Source: Mobula hypostoma (taxonomy: Eukaryota). Taken from it: a DNA stretch of 64,000 nucleotides. Made by a program: the position numbers and the translations under genes. The notes under the pieces were generated by a model. The model saw nothing but the letters and a program-made list of their open reading frames with translations. It did no database searches and was not told where the DNA came from. Where the stretch lies: the NCBI RefSeq assembly GCF_963921235.1, contig NC_086097.1, positions 30,134,001 to 30,198,000 of the forward strand, read 5' to 3'. Shown here one piece after another: positions 49,501-61,949 of this stretch; position 1 is the stretch's first letter, and every line of letters starts with the position of its first letter.

Positions 49501-52500
49501 TAAAATTTGTCTCATTCAATCTTGCCTCAGATGGGATACAAGTGACAAGACTTCAAACCGAAGCCTGTGAACATTCACATCAGGCTCAAAGACACCTCCT
49601 ACCCCATTGTTATATGAGTCGTGAATGGACATCTTGTACGATAAAGATGAATTCTTGATCTCATAATCTACCTCCTCATGGCCATTGCATCTTGTTTGCT
49701 GAACTGCATTTTCTCATAACACTATATTCTGCATTCTGTTGTTATTTTCCTTTTTGTACTACCTTGATGTATTAACGTTTGGGATGATCTGTATGGGTAG
49801 CAATCAGCAAACAAAAGCTTTTCATCGTACCACAGTACAAATGGGAATAAGAAACCAATTACCAATTAGGCAGGTCATGTACAAACTGTACTTAGTTACG
49901 TGACTACAAGAGCAAGCCATTGGCAGTCATGTGACATCATTTAGTTAGAGGACTGGAGGTCCACATGTCACATGAGTTGTCTTTGTCCATTATCTAGAGA
50001 GGAAGTGTAGCTAGGTATCCAACTGCCCCTGGTGCTAGGGCTGTGTGGCCCCAGGTCTTAGTGAGTAACTGGTTTAATATCTGCAGTGAGAGGCTTTATT
50101 CTGTGTGCCATGCAGATAGATCATTTCACAACTTAAGTACATTGAGGTAGCTTAAAGATCAATACAATAACTGAATTCAGAATAAAGTGTGGAGCAGGTA
50201 GTCAATAAGGCGCAATGCCATGATGAGGTAGATTTTGAGGTCAACAGCCCATTAGAACCGAGTTAAGGAGGAATTTCTTTATCCAGAGGGTGGTGAATCC
50301 GTGGAATTCATTGCCCCAGATGGTTGTGAAGGCCAATTCATTGGGTAAGTTTAAAGTGGAGGTTGATAGGTTCATAATTCATAAGGGCATCAGAGGTTAC
50401 AGGTAAAAGGCAGGAGAATGGGTTGAGAGAGCCATGATCAATTGGCAGGACAGACTCAATGGGCCAAATAGCCTAATTCTGCTCCTATGTCTCATGGTCT
50501 TAACATACTAGGGAACCATATAAGAATAATCTTATAACAGTGGGCTAGAAGCTGTCCTTAAGCCTGGTAATATATGTTTTCAGGTTTTAGTATCATTTGA
50601 CGAATGGGAGGAGTTAGAAGAAAGAACATCTAGGGTCGGTGGGTCTTTGATTATGTTGGGTGCTTTACTGAAGCAGCAAGAAATGGTAAATAGACTCCAT
50701 GGAAGAGAGGCTGGTTTCTGTGACATGCCGAGCTGTGTCCACAACTGTGGTTTCTTGTGGTCACATGCAGAGCAGTTGCCGTATCAAGCTGTCATGCATC
50801 CAGACAGGTGATGCAGTTCTGGTCCTCTCAGAGGAAGCAGGAGGAAGCTTTTGAGAGGGTTCAGAAGAGATTTACTGGGATGCTGCCTGGATGAGAGGGC
50901 ATGTCTTATGAGGATAGGTTGAGTGAGCTAAAGCTTTTCTCTTTGGAGCAAAGAAGGATGAGAAATGACGACAGATGTGCATAAGATGATCAGAGGTATA
51001 GACTGAGTTGATAGTCTGTCCTTTATTCTCAGGGCATCAATGGCTAATACAGGGGTGCATAATTTTGAGGCGATTAGAGGAAAGTGTAGGTGGATGTCAG
51101 AGGTAGGATTATTTACACAGAGAGTGGTGGGTGCATGGAACACACTGCCTGGGGTAGTGGTAGAGGCAGATACATTAAGGGCACTTAAGTGCCTCTTAGA
51201 TAGGCAAATGGATGAAAGAAAAATGGTGAGCTACGTAGGAGGGAAGGGTTAGATTGATCCTGGAGTAGGTTAAAAGGTTGGCAGAACATCATGGGCCATG
51301 GGGCCTGTACTGTGTTCTCCATGCATCTGTGGGAACATGATGAGGTAGGAGCCAGCCCTGGCCCACTGGACCTGTGCCAGTGAAATCCAGAGATTCTGCA
51401 GAGCAACAAACACAAAATGCTGGAGGAGCTCAGCAGGTCAGACAGCATCTATAGGGAGGAATAAATAGCGATGTTTCGGGCTGAAACCTGATGAAGAATC
51501 TTGGCCCAAAGTGTCAACAGTTCATTTCCCTGCATAGAAGCGCCAGACCTGCTGAGCTCCTTTAGCATTATGTTTGTTGCTGTCATGTACCCAGCTGGTC
51601 AATGCTGTCAGACCTTCCTCTATCCCAAGCCATCGGCTCTCCTATAGGAAAATTGCATGAAATAATGGGGAAATGTTGGAGAAAATTGGACTACATGGAT
51701 CCTACCCTGAAGATCAAGTGGCAACAAAACATCCCATCGAGAGGTCATCAAAATATCACCACTGCATTTCTCTTTCCACACACACACTGCCTGACTCACT
51801 GAGCATTCTCTATTTATTTCAGATTTCCAGCATCTGCAGTTTACATGTTTTCCACGTTCGTGAAGTGTGGTTGATGAAGAGTAAACTCAGCCTTGCTCTT
51901 TGGTCTGTCTCGTCACACCTGGTGCAGGGACCTGGCAACTAGGGCATCTATGGAATCACAGAACGATATACATCCCCCTCCCCCACCCCCAACACCACTT
52001 CAGATAAAAGCTGGTTATCCTTCACCAGGATAACCAATACAACCAGGTGTTGTACTTATAAGAAGGTCCTGGACTGATACAACAGTTCCTACACACAAGA
52101 ACTGAGAGAGTAGTGGACACAGCCTGGTCCATCTCAGACACAGTCCTCCCCACCACAGACATCATCTATAGGAAGTTCTGCCCCAAGAAGGTGACATCCA
52201 TTATCAAGGATCCCCACCATCCAGGCCATTCCATCTTCTCTATGGCAAGAAATATAGAAATCTGAGGTTCCCCACCACCAGGTTCTGAAACAGCTACTTT
52301 CCTATAACCATCGTGTTCTTGGACTGCCCTGCACAACCTTAACCCTACCTCAGCAATTGAGCACTATGGACCATGCACTGCCATGGGCTTGGCTTCAGCT
52401 GTTTCTTTTTTATGCATTAATGTTTTATTGCTCAACCTTTTTTGATTGTCTTGTACTATGTATAATTTATGTTCTGTGTGTTGTTTGTACCTACGTGCCT

Positions 52501-52858
52501 ATGATGATGCTGCAAGCAAGTGTTATGGAAACATTAAAACATATAACACTATAAGCATAGTATCACCTATATAAAACTACTCCACGATCAATCTAATCCT
52601 TTCCTCTTATATAGCCCATAACCTCCATTTTTATATCCTGTAACTGTAGCTCACCATATTTGTGTTCATGGCAATAAATTTGATCTCACTCGACTTGAGA
52701 ATGACCCATATCCCAGCTGCAACCTGCGGCTGGCATTTTCAATGGAAGAACTGAGTCCATTAAACATCTTCAATAATAATTGTGGAATGCAGCTACATTG
52801 AATGGACATCCTTGGCTGACAGAGATATCGCACCATAAACTGTTGTAGACAGCCCTGA

Positions 52859-53005
52859 CTACAGTGTCGTACAGATGTACACAAAAATAATAAGCAAAAG
52901 GTTAAGGATTGTGCCAACGATGCCCAGGATGGCTAGAATAATCTCCTCCTTCCTTTCCCTCCTCTGGTCCAATGAGATATCTTCATTGGCCGCAGTGATG
53001 ACCAT
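52859..53005 (-). CDS. TUNAR: TUNAR micropeptide (pTUNAR/BNLN orthologue), 48 aa, single C-terminal transmembrane helix: MVITAANEDISLDQRRERKEEIILAILGIVGTILNLLLIIFVYICTTL
   Basis: C-terminal 48 aa of track ORF 52859..53098(-). ATG at 53005 in a strong Kozak context (aagATGg), stop at 52861-52859. Upstream splice acceptor ttctgtggctttcctctctccag| with the exon starting at 53045. Same length and near-identical TM segment to the recalled human peptide MVITSENDEDRGGQEKESKEESVLAMLGIIGTILNLIVIIFVYIYTTL. Confidence 0.92.
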   Translation of the reverse strand: MVITAANEDISLDQRRERKEEIILAILGIVGTILNLLLIIFVYICTTL

Positions 53006-53609
53006 CTTCAATGCAGATTTTTCCAAAGACAAGTGTGGGGTCAAGCTGGAGAGAGGAAAGCCACAGAACATAAGAACACAGAACATTGCAGCACACAACA
53101 GGCCCTTCAGCCCTTGATATTGTTATGACCTATATAGATCTATTCTAAGATCAATCTAACCATTCCCTCCCACGTAGCCCTCCAATTTTCATTCATCCAT
53201 GTACCAGTTGCTTAAATGTCCCTAACATATCTGCCTCTACTACCACCTTTGGCAGTACATTTCACACATCTACCATTCTCTGTGTAAAAATCTTACCTCT
53301 GGCACCTCCCCTATACTTTCCTCCAATTATTCTGAAGTTATGCCCTCTTGTATTAGATATTTCTGCCCTGGAGAGAATGGTGCTGGCTGTCCACTCTATC
53401 TATGCCTCTTATTTTGTGCACCTCGATCGTTGCCTCTCACCCTCTTTCGCTCAAGAGACAAATGCCCTAGCTCACTCGACCTATTCTCATGCTCTCTAGA
53501 CCAGGCAGCATCCTGTGTAAATCTCCTCTGCACCCTCTGTAAAGCTGCCACATCCTTTGTAGGGTATTTCAGAGGGTTTTTGGAACATGGAAGAAAGAAA
53601 GGTTAGCTT

Positions 53610-53895
53610 CTTTTGTCACATGTACATTGAAACATACAGTGAGATGTGTTGTTTGCATCAATGACCAACACATTCCAAATATTGTGCTGGAGAGCGCCTG
53701 CAAGTGCAAGTTCCAGTGCCAGCAAAGCATGTCACAACTTACTAACTCTAACCCATGCATTTCTGGAAGGTGGAGCACCTGGAGAAAACCTACACAATCA
53801 TAGGGAGAACATACAAACTCCTCACAGACAGTGGTGGGAATTGAACCCCATTCTTCCAATCACTGGTACTGTAAAGCATTGCACCAACCACTACT
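53610..53895 (-). mobile_element. tRNA-derived V-SINE-like element; representative of many copies (e.g. about 6070-6290, 25910-26130, 29570-29840, 40320-40590, 46280-46600, 57935-58240, 62835-63210)
   Basis: Recurrent head tagcgtagtggttag...gggttcaattcc (Pol III A/B boxes) plus the core ctgtaaggagtttgtatgttctcc...gggtttcctccaggtgctcc. Confidence 0.75.
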
Positions 53896-54049
53896 AGCAA
53901 AGGTGAGTGAACAGAAGGACTGGAGGGGGATGAGGAAAATTCATTTGTCACACCTTGTATTGTAATCTTGAATGCATTCCTTGCAAGGGAACAAGGAGCA
54001 GATTCAGCAGGGACCTTCAAAAAGGAAATAAAAGTAGAAAAAATGAAGA

Positions 54050-55360
54050 GCAACACACACAAAAATCTAGAGGAACTCAGCAGGCCAGGCAGCATCTATG
54101 GAAAAGAGTACAGTCGATGTTTCAGGCTGTGACCCTTCATCAGGACTGGAAAGAAAGAGGAGAAGTCAGAATAAGAGGGTGGCGGGAAGCAAGGAAAAAG
54201 TACAAGGAGAGGGGGAAGGGATAAATAAAGAGCTGGAAAGTTGATTGGTGAAAGAGATAAAGGGCTGGAGAAGGGGGAATCTGATAGGAGAGGATAGAAG
54301 ACCATGGGAGAAAAGGAAGGAGGAGGAGCACAAGAGGGAGGTGATGGTCAGGTAAGGAAATAAGGTGGGAGAGGGAAACAGGAATGGAGAATGGGGAAGG
54401 GGGGCAATTAACAGAAGTTCGAGAAATCAAGGTTCGTAGCATCAGGTCGGAGACAGAATATAAGGTGTTGCTCCTCCAGTCTGAGTGTGGCCTCGTGACA
54501 GTACAGAAGGCCTTCAACTAATATGTCAGAATGGGAATTGAAATGGGTGGCTATCGGGAGATCCTGCTTTTTCTGGTGGGCAGAGCATAGATGCTCAGTG
54601 AAGCGGTCTCCCAATCTACATCGGGTCTCACCAATATAAGAAGGCCACACCGGGAGCACCGGACACAGTATATGACTCCAACAGACTCACGCATGAAGTG
54701 TCACCTCACCTAGACGGAGTTTTTGGGGCTCTGAATGGTAGTAAGGGAGGAGGTGTAGGTGCATGTGTGGCACCTGTTCCACTTGCAAGGATAAGTACCA
54801 AGAGAGGGATCAGTGGGGAAGAATGAGTGGACAAGGGAGTCGCGTAGGGAGCGATCCCTGCAGAAAGTGGAAAGTGTGGGGGAGGGAAAGATGTGCTTGG
54901 TGGTGGGATGTCGTTGGAGATGGCAGAAGTACAGAGAATTATGTTCTGGACACAGAAGGTAGTGCAGTGGTAGGTGAGGACAAGAGGAACTCTATCCCTG
55001 GTTTTGCAGCAGCAAGGCAGACATGCATGAAATGGAAAAGATGCAGGTGAGGGCAGTGTTGATAGTAGAGGAAGGGAAGCCCCTTTCTTTGAAGAAGGAG
55101 GCCATCTCAGTAGTTCTGGAATGAAAAGCTTCATCCTGAGAGCAGAAGTGGTGGAGATGGAGGAACTGAGTGAAGGGGATGGCGTTTTACAAGTGACAGA
55201 GTGGGAAGAGGTATGGTCCAGATAGCTGTGAGAATCAGTGGGTTTATTAAAGATATCAGTAGGTAGGCTGTCTCCAGAAATGGAGACAGAGAGATTAAGA
55301 AAGGGGAGGAAGGTGTTAGAAATGGACTAAGTAAATTTGAGGGCAGGGTGGTAGTAGGAG
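54050..55360 (-). mobile_element. Penelope-like element: RT C-terminus/thumb + GIY-YIG endonuclease, decayed
   Basis: ORF 54408..54659: YIGETRCRLGDRFTEHL...HFNS...EEQHLIF; RVPLVLTYH in 54706..55134; hammerhead-like motif at 54111-54148(-). Confidence 0.88.
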
Positions 55361-56959
55361 GCAATGTCTTATACAACTTCAACATAACATTCCAACTCCT
55401 GTGCTCAGTACCTTAATTTATGAAGGCCAGTTGTACCTTCTCCATCTGCTTCTGAAAACTAACTTGTTTTTTTTTTAAACTAGCTCTATTGAAGCATCTT
55501 CAACCTCAAATGTTAACTTCTTCTTTTCCCCAGATGCTGGCCTTCTGAGTGTTACCAGTATTTTCTGTTTTTGTTTTGGGTTTCCAGTGTCTACAGTTTT
55601 CTTTATGTTTATTGGCATATCTCTCCACTTTACTCGCTCACCCCACACCGGGTAATCTTTCTTCACAGGAGTTTAACTAAGCCAAGTAACATCATAAGAA
55701 ACTCATTGCATTTTTGGTCATGTTGAGATGTCTCCCACATGAGTGTCATCAAACAAGGCCCCTTCACTGAACAACAGCATGTTGTCAAGAGCTTGGGGCA
55801 AAGTGGTAGATTTTACAGAATAAGAGCAGAGTTTGCTGAAAATGCGCAGCAAGTCTAACAGTATCTATGGAGAGAGGAACACAGCCAATGCTTCAAGTTG
55901 ATAACATTTCACCAGAACAAAGGAACATAAAGGTTGTGAAATGCAGGGCTGAAGGAGAGAGAGAGAGAAAATAGTAGTAGAGAGAGAGTGTTATAGAAGG
56001 GGTTAAAGAAAATGTTCTTCTTGGTGGTGGAAAGAAAGAAAGAGGAGCACCAAGCTCTAGGGAAAAGGTAGGAGCAACTGTGCAGAATTACAGAGGTACA
56101 AGATACTGCAGATGCTGGAACCTGGAGCAATATACAAACTGCTGGAGGAACTCCGTGGGCCAGGCAGCATTCAGAGGGAAATGGTCAGTCAACGTTTCAG
56201 GTCAAAACTATCTAGACACATCTCATCTGCTGGATCTACCTGTCACCTTGTCTGCCCTATCCATGCCTCTGTCAGGAAACGTAGAGAAGGCTTGATCCAA
56301 ATGCAGAACAGTGGAGACCATTTAGTGGTGGACGATCACTTTAATAATAAACTGTAAAATAACAAGCCATGAGGGGGTGCCACAAAATAACAGAGAACGG
56401 GTACTTAACATGACAAGGCAACTAAAGGCTAGGAGCAACTGGCTGAGGCCGAGTGGTTCGATGGGTGAATGAGGATAGGTTAAAATAGGCTGCAGCTGAT
56501 GAATAGGAAACAAGTGGCAGGTGATTCCTGTTCACTGGATGGAGACTGGGAGGTGCCTGCCTGTGTAGTCCTGACAGCCTTTCAATGTATAACATCTCTC
56601 AAGTCTCCCTTCAGCCTCTGATACTTAAGAGAAAACAACCCAAGTTTTCCAACCTTCCCTTGTAGCTCATACCCACTAATCCAAGCAGTATCCTGAAGAA
56701 GTTCTTCTGTACCCTCTCCAAAGCCTCCACAACCTTCTTGTAATGGGGCAACGAGAACTGCACACAATTCTCTGAGTGTGGCCTAACCAAAGTTTTATAC
56801 AGCTACACTTGTTCCTTCTTTCTCAAACTTCCCCCTTAACTCATGAACTGGAGGACTTTGTTTGCACCCCATTCCATGACAACTCTGAGTTAATCTCATA
56901 ATCACCATTCCCTCTGTCCAATCCATCCTTTTCTTCGGCAACTCAGAACCAATTTTCTC

Positions 56960-57380
56960 TCTCTTCGTGGATGATATGATCAAAAGAGCACACCAGTCCC
57001 TCTTCATCAAAGAGCAGCAGAAATGTGACATGTCCTCGAAGGCCCTAACCAATTTTTACCAATGCATCATCGAAAGCGTGCTGTCTAGATCTATCATGGC
57101 TTGGTACAGTCACTTCACTACCCAGAGCTGTAAGAAACTGCAGAGAATTGTAGACACAGCTCAGCTTATCACAGAAACAAGTCTTCCCTTCACAGATTCT
57201 GTCTACACTTCCCACTGCCTTGGGAAAGGAGCCAGCATAATTAAGGACTCCTTCCACCCTAGTCGCTCTCTCTTCTCCCCCTTCTCCCAGAGCAGAAGAT
57301 ACAGAAGCCAGAAAGTATGAGCCAAGAGGCTCAGGGACAGTTTCTATCTTGTTGTTTTAAGACTCTCAAATGGACCTTTC
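56960..57380 (+). mobile_element. Rex1/Babar 3' fragment
   Basis: LTNFYQCIIESVL...WY...KKLQRIV...SIIKDSFHP...RRYRS. Confidence 0.8.
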
Positions 57381-58689
57381 ACACGAATGAACTCTTGATT
57401 ATTGATCTCTCAATCTACCTGTTCTTGGCCCTTTCAGATTCAGGTTGATCACATGTACATCGAAACATACAGTGAAATGCATCATCTGTGTCAATGACCA
57501 ACACACAAGATGCACTGCAGGCAGCCCCCGAGTACAGTCACGGCCTTTGCACTCCATCTGTCTCCCTCCAACACCCTTTCACTGTAGTTATAACACTGTA
57601 CACTGCATTCTGTTTTCTTTAGTACAAGCTCGACATACTTACCTGTGGCATGCCCTGTCTGGATGGCATGCCAACACATTGCTCTTCTCTATATCTTCAT
57701 ACATGTGACAGTAATAAACCAATACTTTCCCAGATCTGGTGAAGGGTCTGAACACTGTTTCCTTCTCCGCAGACATTGCCAGACCTACTGAGTGTTTCCA
57801 GCATTTTCTGCTTTTAACTTTTATTCGGGTGGATAAGAGTTAAACCGTCTGTGATTTGAAACACTGTTGTATATTAGATTTTGGTGAGGCTGCAACTGGG
57901 ATATTGTGCACAGTTTTAGTCACCTTTTTGTAGGGTGACATGGTAGTGTAGTAGTTGGCGCAATGCTTTACAGTGCCAGTGATCACTGATTAGGGTGCAA
58001 TTCCCGTTGCTTTCTGTAAGGAGTTTTTGTGTTCTCCCCATAACCCTGAGAGTCTCCTCCAAGTGCCTAGGTTTCCTTTCCATTTCAAAGATATTCAAGT
58101 TAGGGTTAGTAAGTTATGGGCATGCTTTGTTGGCATGGCGACACTTGAAGGATGCCCAGCACAATCCTCATTGATTTGATCTGATTCAAAATGGTGTATT
58201 TCACTGTGTTTTTGATGTATATGTGACAAATAAAGCTAATCTTTAAAGATGGTCCTTCTACAGGACCACAATCTTGTCGTAGGGTTTGGAGGCTTACGTG
58301 CCTCAGTGACCCGGAGAGCTGTGTTGGCTGGAGTCGGGGGTTTATGCTTTGGCTCTTGGTAGGGTCACCCCTGCCAGACCAAGAGCGGTCCACAGGTCCT
58401 CCAGGTTCGGGAGTTGAGCTCAGAGCTAAGAAGCTGATTGGTAAAACAAAATTACTACGGAAAAAGTAATGAAGAATCCTTCTACTCTGAGTGTGACGGT
58501 ATTCCTGAGTCTCCACTTGGGACTTGCATGACTGACAGTAGTGAAAACCTGGAAGAAGCTGCAGACATAACGAAGGAAGCCCTGAACACCACCAGAGATG
58601 GAGGACCTTCATTGCTGCCCTAAACACCAGCAATGTAATGGACGGTACATAAGTTAAAGATGTTATTAAATTAGAAAGTAGACAGAATC

Positions 58690-61320
58690 GGATGCACGTT
58701 AGCTGTGACAGGGTTTGCAGGCTATTACTTCCTACAAGGTGAAACTTAACAGCATGAATGACTGTGATGTTTCACTCCCGGATGAGCTCAAAGCCCTTTA
58801 TGCGTGCTTTGAAAGGGAGAATTAAACTATGCCTGGGCAAATCCCTGTAGCATCTGCTAACCCTGTGATCTGTGTCTTGACATCAGAACACCTTTTAAGA
58901 GGGTGAACCCTTGCAAGGCGACAGGCCTCGATGGAGTACGTGGTAGGGCTCTGAAAACTCTGTGGGAGTGTTCAAGGACATCTTTAGTCTCTCACTGCTG
59001 CAGTTGAAGGTTCCCACCTGCTTCAAAAGAGCAACAATCATAGCAGTGCCCGAGGAGAGCAGGGGGAGCAGCCTCAATGACTATCACCCGGTTGTGCTCA
59101 CATCTACTCAAGTAAAGTGCTTTGAGAGATTGGTCATGGCTCAAACCAATTCCTCCTAAGCAAGGACCTGGACCCATTGCAATTCGCCTATCGCTCTACA
59201 GAGGATGCAATCTCACTGTCTCTCCTCCCGCCTTGGGTCACCTGGACAATAGCACTACCTACGTCAGGCTGCTGCTTATTGATTACAGCTCAGCGTTAAG
59301 CATGATCATACCCTCGGTTATAATCAACAAGTGCCAGCACTTGGGCCTCTGTATCTCCCTCTACAACTGGATCGTTGACTTCCTCACTGGGAGACTGCAG
59401 TCAGTTTCATTCAGAAATAACATCTCCTCCTCACTGTCCATCAACACTGGACAGTGACATACTTGACATACACTTAACCTTAAGGATGCCTGCTGTACTC
59501 TTTCTACTCCCATGACTGTGTGTCTAGGCACAGCTCAGATGCATCTACAAATCTGCCAGCAACACGACTCTTTTTAAGCAGACTTTTAGGGTGACGCGGA
59601 CATGTACAGGAGTGAGATAAATGGAGGAGGAGGAGAAGATGGTGGCGCGACACAGTGTGCATGGCCTCTCCAGCAAATGATATCTGTAATCTGTCAAGTA
59701 GGGTACCGTGCACAATTCTGATTTGATGGAGACAGACGTGAGAGTATGGAGGAACATCTGGAGAAACTTTTGAAATGCCCGCTTCGCTGCCACTGTTACT
59801 GTGTGGTAACCGGAACCTCCGGAGCAGAAGGCCCCAAATCCTCATTTTTGCTTGTTTCAGTGGCCAGGGCAAGGTCGAAGGCGCTCGGCCGAGGATGGCG
59901 CTCGGGAGGCGGTATCGGAGGGGCTGGTCGGAGGCTCGAAGTTTTCGGATGGACGGACTCAGTGTCGGCTGTTGTCGAGTGCTTCCAATACATCAGCAGT
60001 TGTCGGTGCCTGGAGGTTTATGGCAGGGAGTTTCTCCTTTTTGCCGGTGCTATCGGGGACTTGGGAGTCGATCGGGACTTTGAGACTTTTTTTTTTACCA
60101 TGCCCATGGTCTGCTCTTCATCAAATTATGGTATTGCTTTGCACTGCTGTAACTATATGTTATAATTATGTGGTTCTGTCAGTGTTAGTCGTTGGAGTTT
60201 GTCCTGTTTTTCTGTGATATCACTCTGGAGGAACATTGTATCATTTCTTAATGCATGTATGCATTTATAAATGACAATAAACGAGGACTGAGTGTCCTCA
60301 TAGTCTAATCAGTTGGTTGAGTGGTGTCTCAACAACAACTTTGCACTCAGGGTCAATAAGATCAATTAACTGATTGTGAACTCCAGCTAGGGGAAGTTGA
60401 GGAAATGTGCACACACCGGTCATCTTCGAGGGATCAGCCGTGGAAAGGGTGAGCAGTTTCAAGTTCCTGGATGTCAATATCTCTGAGGATCTATCCTGGG
60501 CCCCACATATAGATGCAATTACAAAGAAGGCACCACAGCAGCTACAGTTCATCAGGAGTTTGAGGAGACTTGGTATGTCACCAAAGACTCTCAAAAATTT
60601 CTACAGGTTTTCCATGGAGAGCATTCCAACTGGTTGCATCACCATCTGGTATGGAGAGGCCACTACACAGGATCAAACAAACTGCAGTAAACAAACTGAC
60701 AAACAAGAGAAAATCTGCAAATGCTGGAAATCCAAACAACTCACACAAAGTGCTGGGGGAATTCAGTAGGCCTGGCAGCATCTATGGAAAAAGAGTACGG
60801 TTGACGGTTTGGGCCATGACCCCTTAGCAGGACTTCATCCTGATGAAGGGTCTCGGCCCGACACATCGATTGTTTACTCTCTTCCATAAAAAGTAAACTC
60901 AGCCGGCTCCATCATGGGCACCAGCCTCCCCAGCTTCAAGGACAGCTTCAAAAGGCGATGACTCAAAAAGGTGGCATCAATCATTCAGGATCCCCATCAC
61001 CCAGGACATGCCCTCTTCTCATTGCTACCATCAAGGAGGAGGTGCAGGAGCCTGAAGACACACACTCAGTGTTTCAGTAACAGCTTGGTCCCCTCCGCCA
61101 TCAGATTTCTGAACGCACAGTGAGCCCAAGTACACTTTCTCAATATATTTTTCTTTTATTTTTCCTCTCTTTTTGCACTACTTATCATATTTAATTTTTA
61201 CATAATTTCTTATTGTAATGTATAGTTTTTATATTTTTATTTATTGCACTGTACTGCTACTGCAAAACAACAAATTTCATGACAGATGCCAGTGATATTA
61301 AATCTGATTCCGATTCTGAT
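58690..61320 (+). mobile_element. Rex1/Babar RT fragment interrupted by a CpG-rich non-autonomous element (about 59575-60305) and a Penelope-derived insert (about 60695-60890)
   Basis: VPTCFKRATII...LNDYHPVVLTS, VRLLLIDYSSA and VERVSSFKFL motifs in order. Confidence 0.8.
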
Positions 61321-61949
61321 CTTGATTCTGAAAGAGTCAGGAAAAGATTTACCAGAATATTGCTGGGACTTGGGGGCTTGAGTCACTGGGGCAGGTTGCC
61401 AAGACAGGGACTTTATTACCCAGACTGTAGGAGATTGAGAGGTGACCTGATACAGATACGTAAGATCATGAGGGGCATAGACAAGTTTGAAGCACATTGT
61501 CTTCTTCCCAGGGAGGGGATGCTGATAACAAAAGCCACAGATTTCAGGATCAGAGATGAGAGATTTAAATGTGACACAAAATGTGGTGCAAACACGAGGA
61601 ATTCCGCAGATGCTGGAATTTCAAGGAACACACATAAAAATTGCTGGTGAACACAGCAGGCCAGGCAGCATCTATAGAAAGAGGTACAGTCGACGTTTTG
61701 GGCCGAGACCCTTCGTCAGCACTAACTGAAAGAAGATAGTAAGAGATTTGAAAGTGGGAGGGGGAGATCCGAAATGACAGGAGAAGACAGGACAAAATCC
61801 TACAATGTGGTGTGTATTTAGAATATGCTGCCGGAAATGGTGGCATTGTGAACATTGTTAGTAGTGTTTAAACGCATGGAAAAGTTTAGAGAAACAGTCA
61901 GCAGGGGCGAGTTGGGCCGAAGGGCCTGTTTCCGTGCTGTATCGCTCTC

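Noticed and set aside
53006..53098. 79-aa version of the TUNAR ORF starting MCAAMF
   Set aside because: That start lies in a CR1 3' tail upstream of a strong splice acceptor (53046-47), so it is intronic. The ATG at 53005 matches the known N-terminus.
57935..58010. tRNA genes at SINE heads
   Set aside because: Only degenerate A/B boxes joined to SINE cores; no complete cloverleaf.
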